A DNA stretch of 32,000 nt from Salinicoccus sp. HZC-1 (GTDB lineage: Bacteria; Bacillota; Bacilli; Staphylococcales; Salinicoccaceae): positions 10,954 through 42,953 of the forward strand of contig NZ_CP177130.1 of assembly GCF_046736035.1 (NCBI RefSeq), in the 5' to 3' direction. Made by a program: the position numbers and the translations under genes. The notes beneath the pieces were generated by a model, which saw only the letters and a program-made list of their open reading frames with translations, was not told the origin of the DNA and did no database searches. Shown here in pieces: positions 22,121 through 31,605 of the stretch (within the stretch, counting starts at the first letter, position 1; each line of letters starts with the position of its first letter).

Positions 22121-22822
22121 ATGCCTAAAAAAATTGTTGTAGTGGATGATGAAAGACCGATTGCAGACATATTGGAATTTAATCTTGAAAAAGAAGGTTA
22201 CGAAGTGCATTGCGCATACGACGGCAATGATGCTTTAAAGCTGATACTTGAGGTTGTGCCGGATATTGTATTGCTCGATATCATGCTGCCGGGGATGGAT
22301 GGCATGGAAGTATGCCGGGAAGTGCGTAAAAAGCATGAAATGCCAATCATTATGCTGACTGCCAAAGATTCCGAAATCGATAAAGTTTTGGGCCTTGAAC
22401 TCGGGGCGGATGATTACGTTACAAAACCCTTTTCCACACGTGAATTGATTGCGCGTGTGAAAGCGAATTTGAGAAGGAACCAGGGTACAGGTTCACAGGA
22501 AAAGGAAGTCGAAAGCAACAATATACAAATTAAAAATATTACAATATTGCCGGATTCCTATGCGATTAAAAAACATGATAAGGATATAGATCTCACTCAC
22601 CGTGAATTCGAACTGTTCCACTATCTGGCAAGGCATCTGTCACAGGTGATGACCCGGGAACATTTACTTGAAACGGTCTGGGGATATGACTACTTTGGGG
22701 ATGTCCGTACAGTAGATGTGACGGTTAGACGTTTGCGGGAAAAAATTGAAGCTGATCCATCCCATCCAGAGTATCTTATGACAAGGAGAGGCGTGGGTTA
22801 TTATATCCAAGGCGACGAATAA
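22121..22822 (+). CDS. walR: essential response regulator WalR (YycF/VicR), OmpR family
   Basis: Begins [29 protein letters not shown] and has a C-terminal winged-helix domain ([14 protein letters not shown]...RRGVGYY). From ATG 22121 (RBS AGGGAAAG) it is 233 aa. The ORF-track start at 22031 adds 30 non-homologous residues. Confidence 0.95.
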   Translation: MPKKIVVVDDERPIADILEFNLEKEGYEVHCAYDGNDALKLILEVVPDIVLLDIMLPGMDGMEVCREVRKKHEMPIIMLTAKDSEIDKVLGLELGADDYVTKPFSTRELIARVKANLRRNQGTGSQEKEVESNNIQIKNITILPDSYAIKKHDKDIDLTHREFELFHYLARHLSQVMTREHLLETVWGYDYFGDVRTVDVTVRRLREKIEADPSHPEYLMTRRGVGYYIQGDE

Positions 22823-22838
22823 AGGAGTTAACATGTAA

Positions 22839-24680
22839 ATGAAGCAGTTTTTCAGAAACCTTCAATCTCTCCATATAAAACTTGTTATTATATATGTTCT
22901 TCTCATCGTTATCGGGATGCAGATCATTGGTCTTTATTTTACGAACACGCTTGAGAAAGAATTAACAGGCAACTTCCAGGATAATATTGAAACACAGGTC
23001 AGTCTGATTGATACGCGCATCAATGAACTGTATACGGAATACGGGGATGACCGTGATGCAATGCGCGAGGAGATACAAAAACTGCTCTCTGATTATGGAA
23101 ACCGGCCGGAGATCGAAGAAGTGCGTTTTGTGAATTCGGATAATCTGCTCGTGGCAACGAGTAAAATATCCAACGAATCCAATGTAGGTTCCAGAATAAA
23201 CACCCCACTCACTGAGGAGGCTATTTCGACGGGGACACGCAATGATGAAATATACGTCAATGTAGATCAGAACGATCAGCGTGTCTGGCTGCTTAACCAG
23301 CCCGTTATTCAAGATGGCCAGATCCTCGGTGCTATTTATGTTGCCTCAAATATCGAAACGGTATACCAGCAGCTTGAGGCGATTAATAATACATTCATCA
23401 TCGCAACCTTGATCTCACTCATCATTACGAGTATTTTAGGTATATTTATTGCCCGTACAATCACCAGACCGATTACGGATATGAGAAACCAGGCACTCCT
23501 TATGTCGGAAGGGGATTATACATCACGCGTTAAAATATACAGCAGTGACGAAATCGGTGAGCTTGCCGGTTCATTTAATATACTGTCAAAACGCGTCCAG
23601 GAGGCACAGGCGAATACAGAGAGTGAGAAGAAACGGCTCGATTCTGTAATTACACACATGTCGGATGGAATTATAGCGACAGATAGAAAAGGCCGTATAC
23701 GCATCGTGAATGATATGGCACTCGACATGATTCATATACGGGAAGAAGACGTATATGGAAAAGATATGCTTGAGCTTCTCGAGCTTGATGAGGATATGGT
23801 GCTGGAAGACATCCAGGAGATGAATGACAGCCAGCTTCTGTTCCTGGAAGAAGATGAGGAAGAGACCACACTCCGCATCAACTTTTCAACGATTGTAAAG
23901 GACACGGGGTTCATCAATGGGTATATCGCTGTACTGCATGACGTTACCGATCAGGAACGGGTCGATAACGAACGCAGGGAATTCGTTGCGAATGTATCCC
24001 ACGAACTTCGTACACCATTGACATCAATGCGCAGCTATATCGAGGCCTTACAGGAAGGTGCATGGAAAAATGAAGAACTTGCACCGAAGTTCTTAGGCGT
24101 TACACGGGAAGAGACAGACCGTATGATCCGTCTCGTTGAAGACTTGCTCCAGCTGTCTCGAATGGATAATGAAGCAGAGGAATTAACGAAAGAAATCGTT
24201 GATTTCAACATGTTCCTGAACCGTATCATCGACCGTTTTGAAATGACGCATAAGGACGAAGTGGAGTTTGTGCGAAACATACCTGAAACTGCGATATTCA
24301 CTGAAATTGCGATGGATAAAGTCGGACAGGTACTGGATAATGTGATATCCAATGCGATTAAATATTCCAGCAATGAGAATAAGCGGGTTGAATTCCACGT
24401 TAAGCAAAACAGGCTCTATAACCGCATGACCGTCCAGATTAAAGATAACGGCCTCGGTATTCCGGTAAGCAAAGTGGATCGTATATTTGAACGTTTCTAC
24501 CGCGTGGATAAAGGGCGTGCCCGCAAGATGGGCGGTACCGGACTGGGACTTGCCATATCAAAAGAAATCATCGAAGCCCATGACGGTAAAATCTGGGCAA
24601 ACAGTGTGGAAAATAAGGGGACGACAATCTTTATCAACCTGCCTTGTGAAACGCTTGAGGAGGATGACTGGGATGTTTAA
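22839..24680 (+). CDS. walK: sensor histidine kinase WalK (YycG/VicK)
   Basis: 613 aa with TM-extracellular-TM-HAMP-PAS architecture. The H-box is [15 protein letters not shown], and the N and G boxes are [11 protein letters not shown] and [13 protein letters not shown]. Confidence 0.95.
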   Translation: MKQFFRNLQSLHIKLVIIYVLLIVIGMQIIGLYFTNTLEKELTGNFQDNIETQVSLIDTRINELYTEYGDDRDAMREEIQKLLSDYGNRPEIEEVRFVNSDNLLVATSKISNESNVGSRINTPLTEEAISTGTRNDEIYVNVDQNDQRVWLLNQPVIQDGQILGAIYVASNIETVYQQLEAINNTFIIATLISLIITSILGIFIARTITRPITDMRNQALLMSEGDYTSRVKIYSSDEIGELAGSFNILSKRVQEAQANTESEKKRLDSVITHMSDGIIATDRKGRIRIVNDMALDMIHIREEDVYGKDMLELLELDEDMVLEDIQEMNDSQLLFLEEDEEETTLRINFSTIVKDTGFINGYIAVLHDVTDQERVDNERREFVANVSHELRTPLTSMRSYIEALQEGAWKNEELAPKFLGVTREETDRMIRLVEDLLQLSRMDNEAEELTKEIVDFNMFLNRIIDRFEMTHKDEVEFVRNIPETAIFTEIAMDKVGQVLDNVISNAIKYSSNENKRVEFHVKQNRLYNRMTVQIKDNGLGIPVSKVDRIFERFYRVDKGRARKMGGTGLGLAISKEIIEAHDGKIWANSVENKGTTIFINLPCETLEEDDWDV

Positions 24681-25986
24681 AGAAACTGCGAAATCAATTA
24701 TCCTCTTCATATTGGTTATCACCAGTGCAGTCCTCACCTATATGGTATGGAGTTACCAGCCTGAATTCTCCCAGGTGGATACATCGATAGAGTCAACACC
24801 GAATATCGGACGCGGCGAAACGGTGCCATTTAAGAATGTGATGCGTGCCTACCAGCTCATATGGGCGGATGGGAACGATGTACAGGGAACAATTAAGGAA
24901 GATGCCGTCGTCGGTGTCAGAGAGTTCCTGGATGGCACGGAGATAGAGGATATCAATGTTTATAACAATATGAACAGATTAAACCCGGAGGTTCGGGAGG
25001 ATGGCACGGAAGAATTCCTGATTGTGGACTATCCTTCGGAAATGCCGTCCAAATCCCTGTTCCAGGTTTTAGGATTTGAATATGATGGTTCCCTCCCCGA
25101 CTACAGTTTTGACCGTATTGTCGTAGACCTCGCCTCGGACCATGTCACATTTTTCCTGCTCAATGAGGCACTGGACAGGGTTGCTGTGGCGAATACAAAT
25201 ATAGACAGCTCGTACCTGCTGTCCATCGTTGAAGAATATGAGGATTCATTTGAGAGTTATACCGGAATAATCACCAACCAGAAAACGTCGAACAATAAAA
25301 CAGCGATTTACGGACCGAGTGAGCCGGGATCAATCAGCGTGGAAAACTTCCTTTCAACCCAGCATAGCGTAGATGTGGTGAATGATATTTTATTCATGGA
25401 TGATGAAATTACGACCACCCGCAATGACGATGTGTATGTGTACGAGGGGAATAGTAATATTGCGACTTACAGCAGCAGTACTTACAGTTATTCGTACACA
25501 AATCTGGATGAAACACTATCTTCAGACAGAAACCCGCATCAGACGATACAAAAGAGCTTTGATTTTCTTAACTCACATACAGGGCTTGCCAAAGATCATA
25601 TATTATTTGACTATGAAGAAGAGGACAACGAATCGATATACCGATTTACCATGAACGGGTATGTCGTTTTCAGTGATCAAGTGATGAATACCATCTCTGT
25701 AAAATATGGCAGCGATGCAGTATATGAATACGAAAGACCCCAGCTGCATATTGATGCACATGTGCCGGGCGATCAGTCCAAAGAGCTGACGACATTGGAA
25801 AACGTCAGATACCAGATTGCCTTGAATGAAGAATTGGACCTCCAGAAAGTATCTAAAATAACCATCGGATATGATATGGGGTTCGCAGAAAGTCAGACAG
25901 AACTGAACCTCCTGGAATTTACGCCGGAATGGTATGTAAAGTATGACGGCGAATGGATGCGTTTTGATGAAGGAGGCTTATACTGA
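24673..25986 (+). CDS. yycH: WalK regulatory protein YycH
   Basis: Starts at [26 protein letters not shown] (a single N-terminal TM) and overlaps the walK stop, in the conserved wal operon position. The ORF-track start at 24487 lies inside walK. Confidence 0.85.
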   Translation: MFKETAKSIILFILVITSAVLTYMVWSYQPEFSQVDTSIESTPNIGRGETVPFKNVMRAYQLIWADGNDVQGTIKEDAVVGVREFLDGTEIEDINVYNNMNRLNPEVREDGTEEFLIVDYPSEMPSKSLFQVLGFEYDGSLPDYSFDRIVVDLASDHVTFFLLNEALDRVAVANTNIDSSYLLSIVEEYEDSFESYTGIITNQKTSNNKTAIYGPSEPGSISVENFLSTQHSVDVVNDILFMDDEITTTRNDDVYVYEGNSNIATYSSSTYSYSYTNLDETLSSDRNPHQTIQKSFDFLNSHTGLAKDHILFDYEEEDNESIYRFTMNGYVVFSDQVMNTISVKYGSDAVYEYERPQLHIDAHVPGDQSKELTTLENVRYQIALNEELDLQKVSKITIGYDMGFAESQTELNLLEFTPEWYVKYDGEWMRFDEGGLY

Positions 25987-26762
25987 TGGATTGGAAATTA
26001 ACTAAATCCCTTTATATCCTGGTATTTCTCATCATCAACCTGGCACTCATCTTTATGCTTTATAATAAACAGCAGGAAAGTGTGCAAAAAATTGAAAATA
26101 AACCGGATGTGCTTGAAGAAACGGATATAGACATCTCCGGAATTCCGGAACATGAACCTATGGAACTTTCTGTCCTGTCAGGCGAGATAGAAGATTTCGA
26201 AGATGTAGAAGAAATTGATGAGGAAGATATAGAAAAAATGGATGACGCCCACAGCATCATTGTAGAGTACAGTGAAGGGGATCAGGCACCGAAAATGAAT
26301 CGTCAATCGCTGGAGCAATATAAGGCAGAGAGTATTTACAGAGGTGAAAATTACGAGTATGATGAAGTGATGAGCACAGAAAACCGGATGATATTCAACC
26401 AGCAATTCGAAGATTATCCGATATTCAATCATGAATCCGCGAGGCTTGTCTTCAGAGGAGAAGGCACAGAAGCGGAAGCATATGAACAGGCCCACTTAAC
26501 GAACCTCAGGGAAAATTCATACTCCACCCCTACTGCAGTGAGAGACCCCAAAGAAGGCATCATAGATTTATATCAGCGTGATAGAATTTCAGAAGAAGCA
26601 GTTATAGAAAATGCACGGCTCGGCTACTACATCATCTTAAACGATGGAGAGCAAGTTATGCTGAGGCCGAAATGGGAATTCAGGATTTCCGATCAGGGCG
26701 TTGAGAAAACAATCTATATGGATGCAATCAGCGCGACAGAAGATATAATTGAAAGTGAGTGA
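25986..26762 (+). CDS. yycI: WalK regulatory protein YycI
   Basis: 258 aa with the N-terminal [25 protein letters not shown]. The ATG overlaps the yycH stop, in the conserved position. Confidence 0.85.
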   Translation: MDWKLTKSLYILVFLIINLALIFMLYNKQQESVQKIENKPDVLEETDIDISGIPEHEPMELSVLSGEIEDFEDVEEIDEEDIEKMDDAHSIIVEYSEGDQAPKMNRQSLEQYKAESIYRGENYEYDEVMSTENRMIFNQQFEDYPIFNHESARLVFRGEGTEAEAYEQAHLTNLRENSYSTPTAVRDPKEGIIDLYQRDRISEEAVIENARLGYYIILNDGEQVMLRPKWEFRISDQGVEKTIYMDAISATEDIIESE

Positions 26763-27556
26763 AAGTAATGAAAATGAGCGTGTTAGCCAGCGGTTCCACT
26801 GGGAACAGCACATATATTGAAACTGAAAAAGGCAGCTTGCTCATAGATGTCGGACTTTCATGTAAAAGGATAGAAGAATCGCTTAATTCACTCAACACAT
26901 CATTGAGTAATATAAATGCAATACTTATCACACATGAGCATTCTGATCATATCAAAGGACTTAAAGTCATTGCCAAACGATATGGTATACCTATTTTTGC
27001 GAATGAAAATACATGGAAACAAATAGATAAAAAAGGGATTGAAATAAATCCGGAGCAGAAGTTCCATTTCAATCCACTGGAAGAAAAAGAGATTATAGGA
27101 ATAAACGTAAATTCGTTTAATGTATCCCATGATGCGATAGATCCACAGTTCTATACCTTTGCCAGAGACAATAAAAAGATTTCGGTCATCACAGATACAG
27201 GATATGTTTCCGATCAGATGAAAGGTATCATCAAAGACAGTGACATTTTTGTGTTTGAGAGCAACCACGATGTAGATATGCTGCGTATGGGCAGATATCC
27301 ATGGGTAACGAAGCAAAGAATACTGTCTGATGTCGGTCATGTTTCAAATGAAGATGCAGCACATGCAATGAGAGACGTTATAACTGACCGTACAAAACGC
27401 ATTTATCTTGGTCACCTGAGCATGGATAATAATATTAAAGAACTCGCTAAGATGAGTGTAGAACAGGTTTTAAACCAATATGACATCGATACGAAAAATG
27501 AAATAATGCTATGCGATACAGATAAAGCGGCGCCAACACAGATATACACAATATAG
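26759..27556 (+). CDS. walJ: metallo-beta-lactamase-fold protein YycJ/WalJ
   Basis: Contains MSVLASGSTGNSTYIE and the HEHSDH motif. The start is ambiguous among GTG 26759, ATG 26768 and ATG 26774. Confidence 0.9.
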   Translation: MKVMKMSVLASGSTGNSTYIETEKGSLLIDVGLSCKRIEESLNSLNTSLSNINAILITHEHSDHIKGLKVIAKRYGIPIFANENTWKQIDKKGIEINPEQKFHFNPLEEKEIIGINVNSFNVSHDAIDPQFYTFARDNKKISVITDTGYVSDQMKGIIKDSDIFVFESNHDVDMLRMGRYPWVTKQRILSDVGHVSNEDAAHAMRDVITDRTKRIYLGHLSMDNNIKELAKMSVEQVLNQYDIDTKNEIMLCDTDKAAPTQIYTI

Positions 27557-27632
27557 TTATCCACAGGTTGTGGAAGAATATATGTGGATAACGTGGAGAT
27601 ATGGTGGATAACTTTGTGAAAAATGTGGAAAA
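27557..27632. promoter_or_regulatory. DnaA-box cluster
   Basis: There are two perfect 9-mers: TTATCCACA (27557-27565) and TGTGGATAA (27583-27591). There are two one-mismatch boxes: GGTGGATAA (27603-27611) and TGTGGAAAA (27624-27632). There are two two-mismatch boxes: TGTGGAAGA (27569-27577) and TGTGAAAAA (27615-27623). All six lie within 76 bp. Confidence 0.8.
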
Positions 27633-27653
27633 GTCATAAATATGCATATAAAA

Positions 27654-27695
27654 AATAAGGGATACATCTTTTATACACAAGATGTATCCCTTATT
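27654..27695. terminator. bidirectional terminator between walJ and the convergent orphan gene
   Basis: A 16-bp perfect stem, AATAAGGGATACATCT / AGATGTATCCCTTATT, is flanked by an A-run upstream and TATTTTTATTT downstream. Confidence 0.85.
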
Positions 27696-27700
27696 TATTT

Positions 27701-28336
27701 TTATTTCGCATCGAATACTTTGTCCACCCATTCCTCATCGACATCATTTTCAGTAATGCCATTGTCGCTGAATACAATTTCACCGTACGCAGTAAATTTG
27801 TCATTGGTGTATTGATATACAAAAGGAATATGGGACTTTTCGTATAATTTATACATCAGCGCACGGACACCTCTGCCGGCAGTCGTAAAACTGATTTTCA
27901 GGTCGTCCTCATTCACATTTGTATCCATGGCGAAGCCTTTCATGCCCCAATGAACTTTAGTCCATTCATACGCGTCCGGCACTTCATATTTAATAAGATT
28001 TTCGTAGTATTCCTGGCCAAGATCTATTCTTTCTTCAGCGGTAAGAATCTGTTCCTGTTCTTGAGCAGTAGCTTCACTTAAAATTTCATCAATATCAACA
28101 AAAGCGTTTTCCTTCAAATCTTTAATGAGTTTCTTTTGCTCATCTTCGTCCAAAGTATTATAGTAAGAAGCAATTGAAGCATCCTGATAAGGTGCGGCGT
28201 GAATTTCTAACCCCTCGGGTATAGGTTCGATCACATTGAAATCAATCTCTTTATCTTCATTAATGGCAAAATCTATCATCTTTTCGAGGTCGTCCAGTTC
28301 ATGAAATTTAAGTATACTATATGCAAGACTTGGCAT
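27701..28336 (-). CDS. hypothetical highly acidic cytoplasmic protein (family not recognised)
   Basis: A 211-aa ORF with a good terminator, divergent from rlmH. By hand count it has about 48 D/E against about 19 K/R. No TM or signal peptide is apparent. The W-x3-WG-x-KG motif (EWTKVHWGMKGF) is noted but not assignable by eye. Confidence 0.6.
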   Translation of the reverse strand: MPSLAYSILKFHELDDLEKMIDFAINEDKEIDFNVIEPIPEGLEIHAAPYQDASIASYYNTLDEDEQKKLIKDLKENAFVDIDEILSEATAQEQEQILTAEERIDLGQEYYENLIKYEVPDAYEWTKVHWGMKGFAMDTNVNEDDLKISFTTAGRGVRALMYKLYEKSHIPFVYQYTNDKFTAYGEIVFSDNGITENDVDEEWVDKVFDAK

Positions 28337-28434
28337 AGAAACACTCCTTTACATAATATTGGGTATTATCTTAATTATTTAACAGTTTAAACAAACAGTC
28401 AAGGTATTCGTAATAAGGCAAAAGGATGAAAAAA

Positions 28435-28914
28435 ATGAAAATTACTCTAATAACAGTAGGAAAGCTAAAAGAGAAGCATTGGAAACAAGCTGTGGAAGAA
28501 TATAAGAAGCGCATCAGCGGGTATGCAAAGCTCGAGCTGGTTGAAATACCGGATGAAAAAGAACCAAATAATGCGAGCAAAAAAGATATAGACATTATAA
28601 AAGAAAAAGAAGCACAAAAGATACTTGGGAAAATCAAAGATACGCAGTATGTCGTCACTTTGGAAATCAAAGGCAAAGCGTATTCGAGTGAAAGCTTGGC
28701 TGAAGAATATCAAAAATGGATGAACACAGGAAAAAGCGATGTCGTATTCATCATTGGCGGCAGCAACGGTATCGGGGAGAGCGTAAAGAAAAGATCCAAC
28801 CAGGAAATCAGCTTCGGTTCCCTCACCTACCCTCACCAGATGATGAAAGTTATGCTGCTTGAGCAGATATTCAGGGTGAATAAGATTATAAAGAATGAAG
28901 CATATCATCGTTGA
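28435..28914 (+). CDS. rlmH: 23S rRNA (pseudouridine1915-N3)-methyltransferase RlmH (OrfX)
   Basis: Collinear with S. aureus OrfX as I recall it (MKIT..VGKLKEK.WKQA..EY.KR; IGGSNG; PHQMM.V.L.EQ; the C-terminal EAYH.). It is 159 aa from ATG 28435, 8 nt after AAAGGA. The ORF-track start at 28426 adds 3 residues. Confidence 0.93.
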   Translation: MKITLITVGKLKEKHWKQAVEEYKKRISGYAKLELVEIPDEKEPNNASKKDIDIIKEKEAQKILGKIKDTQYVVTLEIKGKAYSSESLAEEYQKWMNTGKSDVVFIIGGSNGIGESVKKRSNQEISFGSLTYPHQMMKVMLLEQIFRVNKIIKNEAYHR

Positions 28915-28920
28915 TGCGGT
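28897..28920 (+). other. SCC-type integration site sequence (attB/ISS-like) at the rlmH 3' end
   Basis: GAAGCATATCATCGTTGATGCGGT(TTTT) compares with the S. aureus orfX ISS, which I recall as GAAGCATATCATAAATGATGCGGTTTTT. They differ only in the 3 nt preceding the TGA stop. The dyad CATC-GTT-GATG is retained. Confidence 0.7.
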
Positions 28921-28953
28921 TTTTATAATTTTGTCAGAAAGGATTATTTAATT

Positions 28954-29997
28954 ATGAAAGTGGATGTTTTTTTAGATTCCAATATTTTGTTTAATGATTA
29001 TGAGATAATTAACCACAGATTAAGTGATTTAGTTGAATGGTTTGAGAAAGAAAAAATTGAATATAGCTTGTGTATAGCTGAAATGACCTATCATGAATTG
29101 CTAAAGAAATTTGATAATAATGTTAAAAGTATGATAGCTGAATTTAAAAAAGTAAATAAAGATCATAAAGCCCTTCGTCGTCTACATTATAATATTGAAG
29201 AACTGAAAGAGCATCATGTTTCACTGAAAGAAGAATATGAAAATAGACTAAGAGAAAAATTTGAAATAATAACTCCTAGTGCTGATGCTAATAAAAATGT
29301 TTTTGAAAGATATTATGATGATCTTTCACCTTTCAAAAATGAAAAAAAAGAATTCCAAGATGCTTTGATTTGGGAAACTATTTTCGAACATAGTCAGTGT
29401 TTGGAGAACCAAGATGCTATTTGGTTTGTATCTTCTGACAAAAAAGCATTTTACAATAGTATTGAAAATGGACTGGATAGCGATTTTGAACATGATGGGA
29501 ATATCTTTTTCTATCGAAACCTAAATGATCTTTTAGAAGAGAAAGATGTCTTGATAGATGATTTATTGTTTGAAAATATTGAAGAGATAACTGAAGATTT
29601 CCAAAACGATATGAATAATAAAGTTAGAGATTTTTATATTATAGAGGAAAACATTTTAGATTTTTTAGAAGACTATATACTTAATAATAACTTTATTTCA
29701 GAATATGCTGATGAAGGCTGGGGGACCGATCTTTATGTTTATAATATAGAGCTTTCAGAACTACATTATGCAGATGGTTATAGAAGTACGTCTCATATAT
29801 ACTTGCCGGCCACTATGAGTGTAGAATTTGAATTTAATATTGAAACACGTAATCCGGTTTATGAAAAAGGAGATACTGATTTTGAACAAAATATAATTAT
29901 TGGAGAGGAGAGTCGTAATGCAGATATTGACTGTATTCTAGTTTACGACTTGAAGAACAGACATGTAGTTGATGTTGAACAAATAGAATTTCAATAG
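28954..29997 (+). CDS. PIN-like (DUF4935-type) predicted nuclease with an unassigned C-terminal domain
   Basis: 347 aa. PIN-like acidic positions are seen at D8 (VFLDSNIL), E43/E48 (AEMTYHEL), D136 (EFQDALIWE) and D162 (WFVSSDKKAF). A charged helical insert of about 80 aa lies between the E and the third D. Residues about 200-347 have no motif I recognise. Sampled GC is very low (about 28%). Confidence 0.6.
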   Translation: MKVDVFLDSNILFNDYEIINHRLSDLVEWFEKEKIEYSLCIAEMTYHELLKKFDNNVKSMIAEFKKVNKDHKALRRLHYNIEELKEHHVSLKEEYENRLREKFEIITPSADANKNVFERYYDDLSPFKNEKKEFQDALIWETIFEHSQCLENQDAIWFVSSDKKAFYNSIENGLDSDFEHDGNIFFYRNLNDLLEEKDVLIDDLLFENIEEITEDFQNDMNNKVRDFYIIEENILDFLEDYILNNNFISEYADEGWGTDLYVYNIELSELHYADGYRSTSHIYLPATMSVEFEFNIETRNPVYEKGDTDFEQNIIIGEESRNADIDCILVYDLKNRHVVDVEQIEFQ

Positions 29998-30120
29998 GAA
30001 CAGAAAGATTACATTATTAATTTTGTTAAAACTATATATGATTTGTAATGGTAATCAATTAAATCACTTATTGTACTTTGGTATATTTATAGCATATAAG
30101 AAAAATCGGAGAGTGAGACT

Positions 30121-31605
30121 ATGTCTAAACTAACATTACCACAATTAGAAGCCCATTTATGGGAGTCAGCAAATATACTAAGAGGTTCGATTGATTCCTC
30201 TGATTATAAAAACTATATATTTGGATTATTATTTTTGAAGCGTTTGAGTGACGTATTTATAGAGACAGCTAAGAAGGTCGAGCGAAAAGAAGGTGACGAT
30301 TATGCATGGTATGATCGTGATGAACACCAGTTCTTTGTACCTGAAAGAGCCCGATGGACAGAAATCCAAATACAAACTCATGACATCGGTAATACAATCA
30401 ATAAAGCTTTTGAGGCTCTAGAGGAAGAAAACCCTTCTCTAGTGGGTGTACTTGCCAATATTGACTTTAATGACAAAGAAAAACTGCCCGATAAATTATT
30501 GCTGCAACTCATTCAACATTTCTCAAAGATTGATCTCAGTAATGATAGTTTATCAGAACCGGATATGTTAGGCCGTGCATATGAGTATTTAATTAAACAG
30601 TTCGCAGATGATGCTGGTAAAAAAGGTGGGGAATTCTACACCCCTTCCAAAGTAGTTGAATTGATTGTTAACTTAATTAAACCAGAAGAAGGCATGCGAG
30701 TATGTGACCCTACGGTTGGTTCAGGCGGTATGCTCATTCAGTCTGTAGACTATATCAAATCACAAGGTGGTAATCCGCGTAATTTATCACTGCATGGACA
30801 GGAGAGAAACCTGAGTACATGGTCCATATGTAAGATGAATTTACTTCTCCATGGTTTGAGTGATCATCGCATTGAGCGTGGTGACACCATACGTGAACCA
30901 AAGCTATTAGGTGATGATAAAGAACTATTATTATATGACAGAGTTATCGCCAATCCACCTTTCTCGCTTAAAAACTGGGGGAGAGAAGAAGCAGAGAGCG
31001 ATGAATATGGTCGTTTCAGGTTTGGTATTCCTCCTAAAAATGCAGGTGACTTTGCATTCGTTCAACATATGATAGCTACACTTAATCATGACGGTAAAGC
31101 TGGTGTGGTTATGCCTCATGGAGTACTATTCCGTGGTGGTGCTGAAGGTAAGATCAGAGAAGGTCTACTAAAAGAAGATGTAATAGAAGCAATTATTGGT
31201 CTACCCTCTTCTTTATTCTATGGTACTGGAATTCCAGCGAGCATCTTAATTCTGAACCGAAATAAAGAAGAAAAGCAAAAAGGAAAAGTTTTCATATTAG
31301 ATGGTTCAAAAGATTACCAAGAAGGTAAAAACCAAAATATTCTTCGTGATAAAGATATAAAAAAAGTAATAAGTGCATATGATAAATGGGAAGGTAAAGA
31401 AAAATATTGTCGAGTAGTCAATATAGAAGAAACACAAGAGAATGATTACAACTTAAATATTGCCCGTTATATTGATACCACTGAAGAAGAAGAAGAGATT
31501 GATGTACAGACCGCACTAAATGATTTGAAGAAATTAGAGCAGGATAGAAATGAAATAGAGGAAAAGATGTTTGGGTATTTAAAGGAGCTTGGATATGATG
31601 AGTAA
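30121..31605 (+). CDS. hsdM: type I restriction-modification system, DNA methyltransferase subunit M
   Basis: 494 aa with an HsdM N-terminal domain ([32 protein letters not shown]). The AdoMet motif I is [10 protein letters not shown] and the catalytic motif IV is NPPF. Confidence 0.93.
   Translation: MSKLTLPQLEAHLWESANILRGSIDSSDYKNYIFGLLFLKRLSDVFIETAKKVERKEGDDYAWYDRDEHQFFVPERARWTEIQIQTHDIGNTINKAFEALEEENPSLVGVLANIDFNDKEKLPDKLLLQLIQHFSKIDLSNDSLSEPDMLGRAYEYLIKQFADDAGKKGGEFYTPSKVVELIVNLIKPEEGMRVCDPTVGSGGMLIQSVDYIKSQGGNPRNLSLHGQERNLSTWSICKMNLLLHGLSDHRIERGDTIREPKLLGDDKELLLYDRVIANPPFSLKNWGREEAESDEYGRFRFGIPPKNAGDFAFVQHMIATLNHDGKAGVVMPHGVLFRGGAEGKIREGLLKEDVIEAIIGLPSSLFYGTGIPASILILNRNKEEKQKGKVFILDGSKDYQEGKNQNILRDKDIKKVISAYDKWEGKEKYCRVVNIEETQENDYNLNIARYIDTTEEEEEIDVQTALNDLKKLEQDRNEIEEKMFGYLKELGYDE

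Noticed and set aside
31375-31389. GCATATGATAAATGG inside hsdM resembles the S. aureus ISS core GCATATCATAAATGA and could have been the second att repeat.
   Set aside because: It lies within the conserved hsdM reading frame, has a mismatch at the central C, and lacks the flanking GAA/TGCGGTTTT context. It is most likely coincidental.
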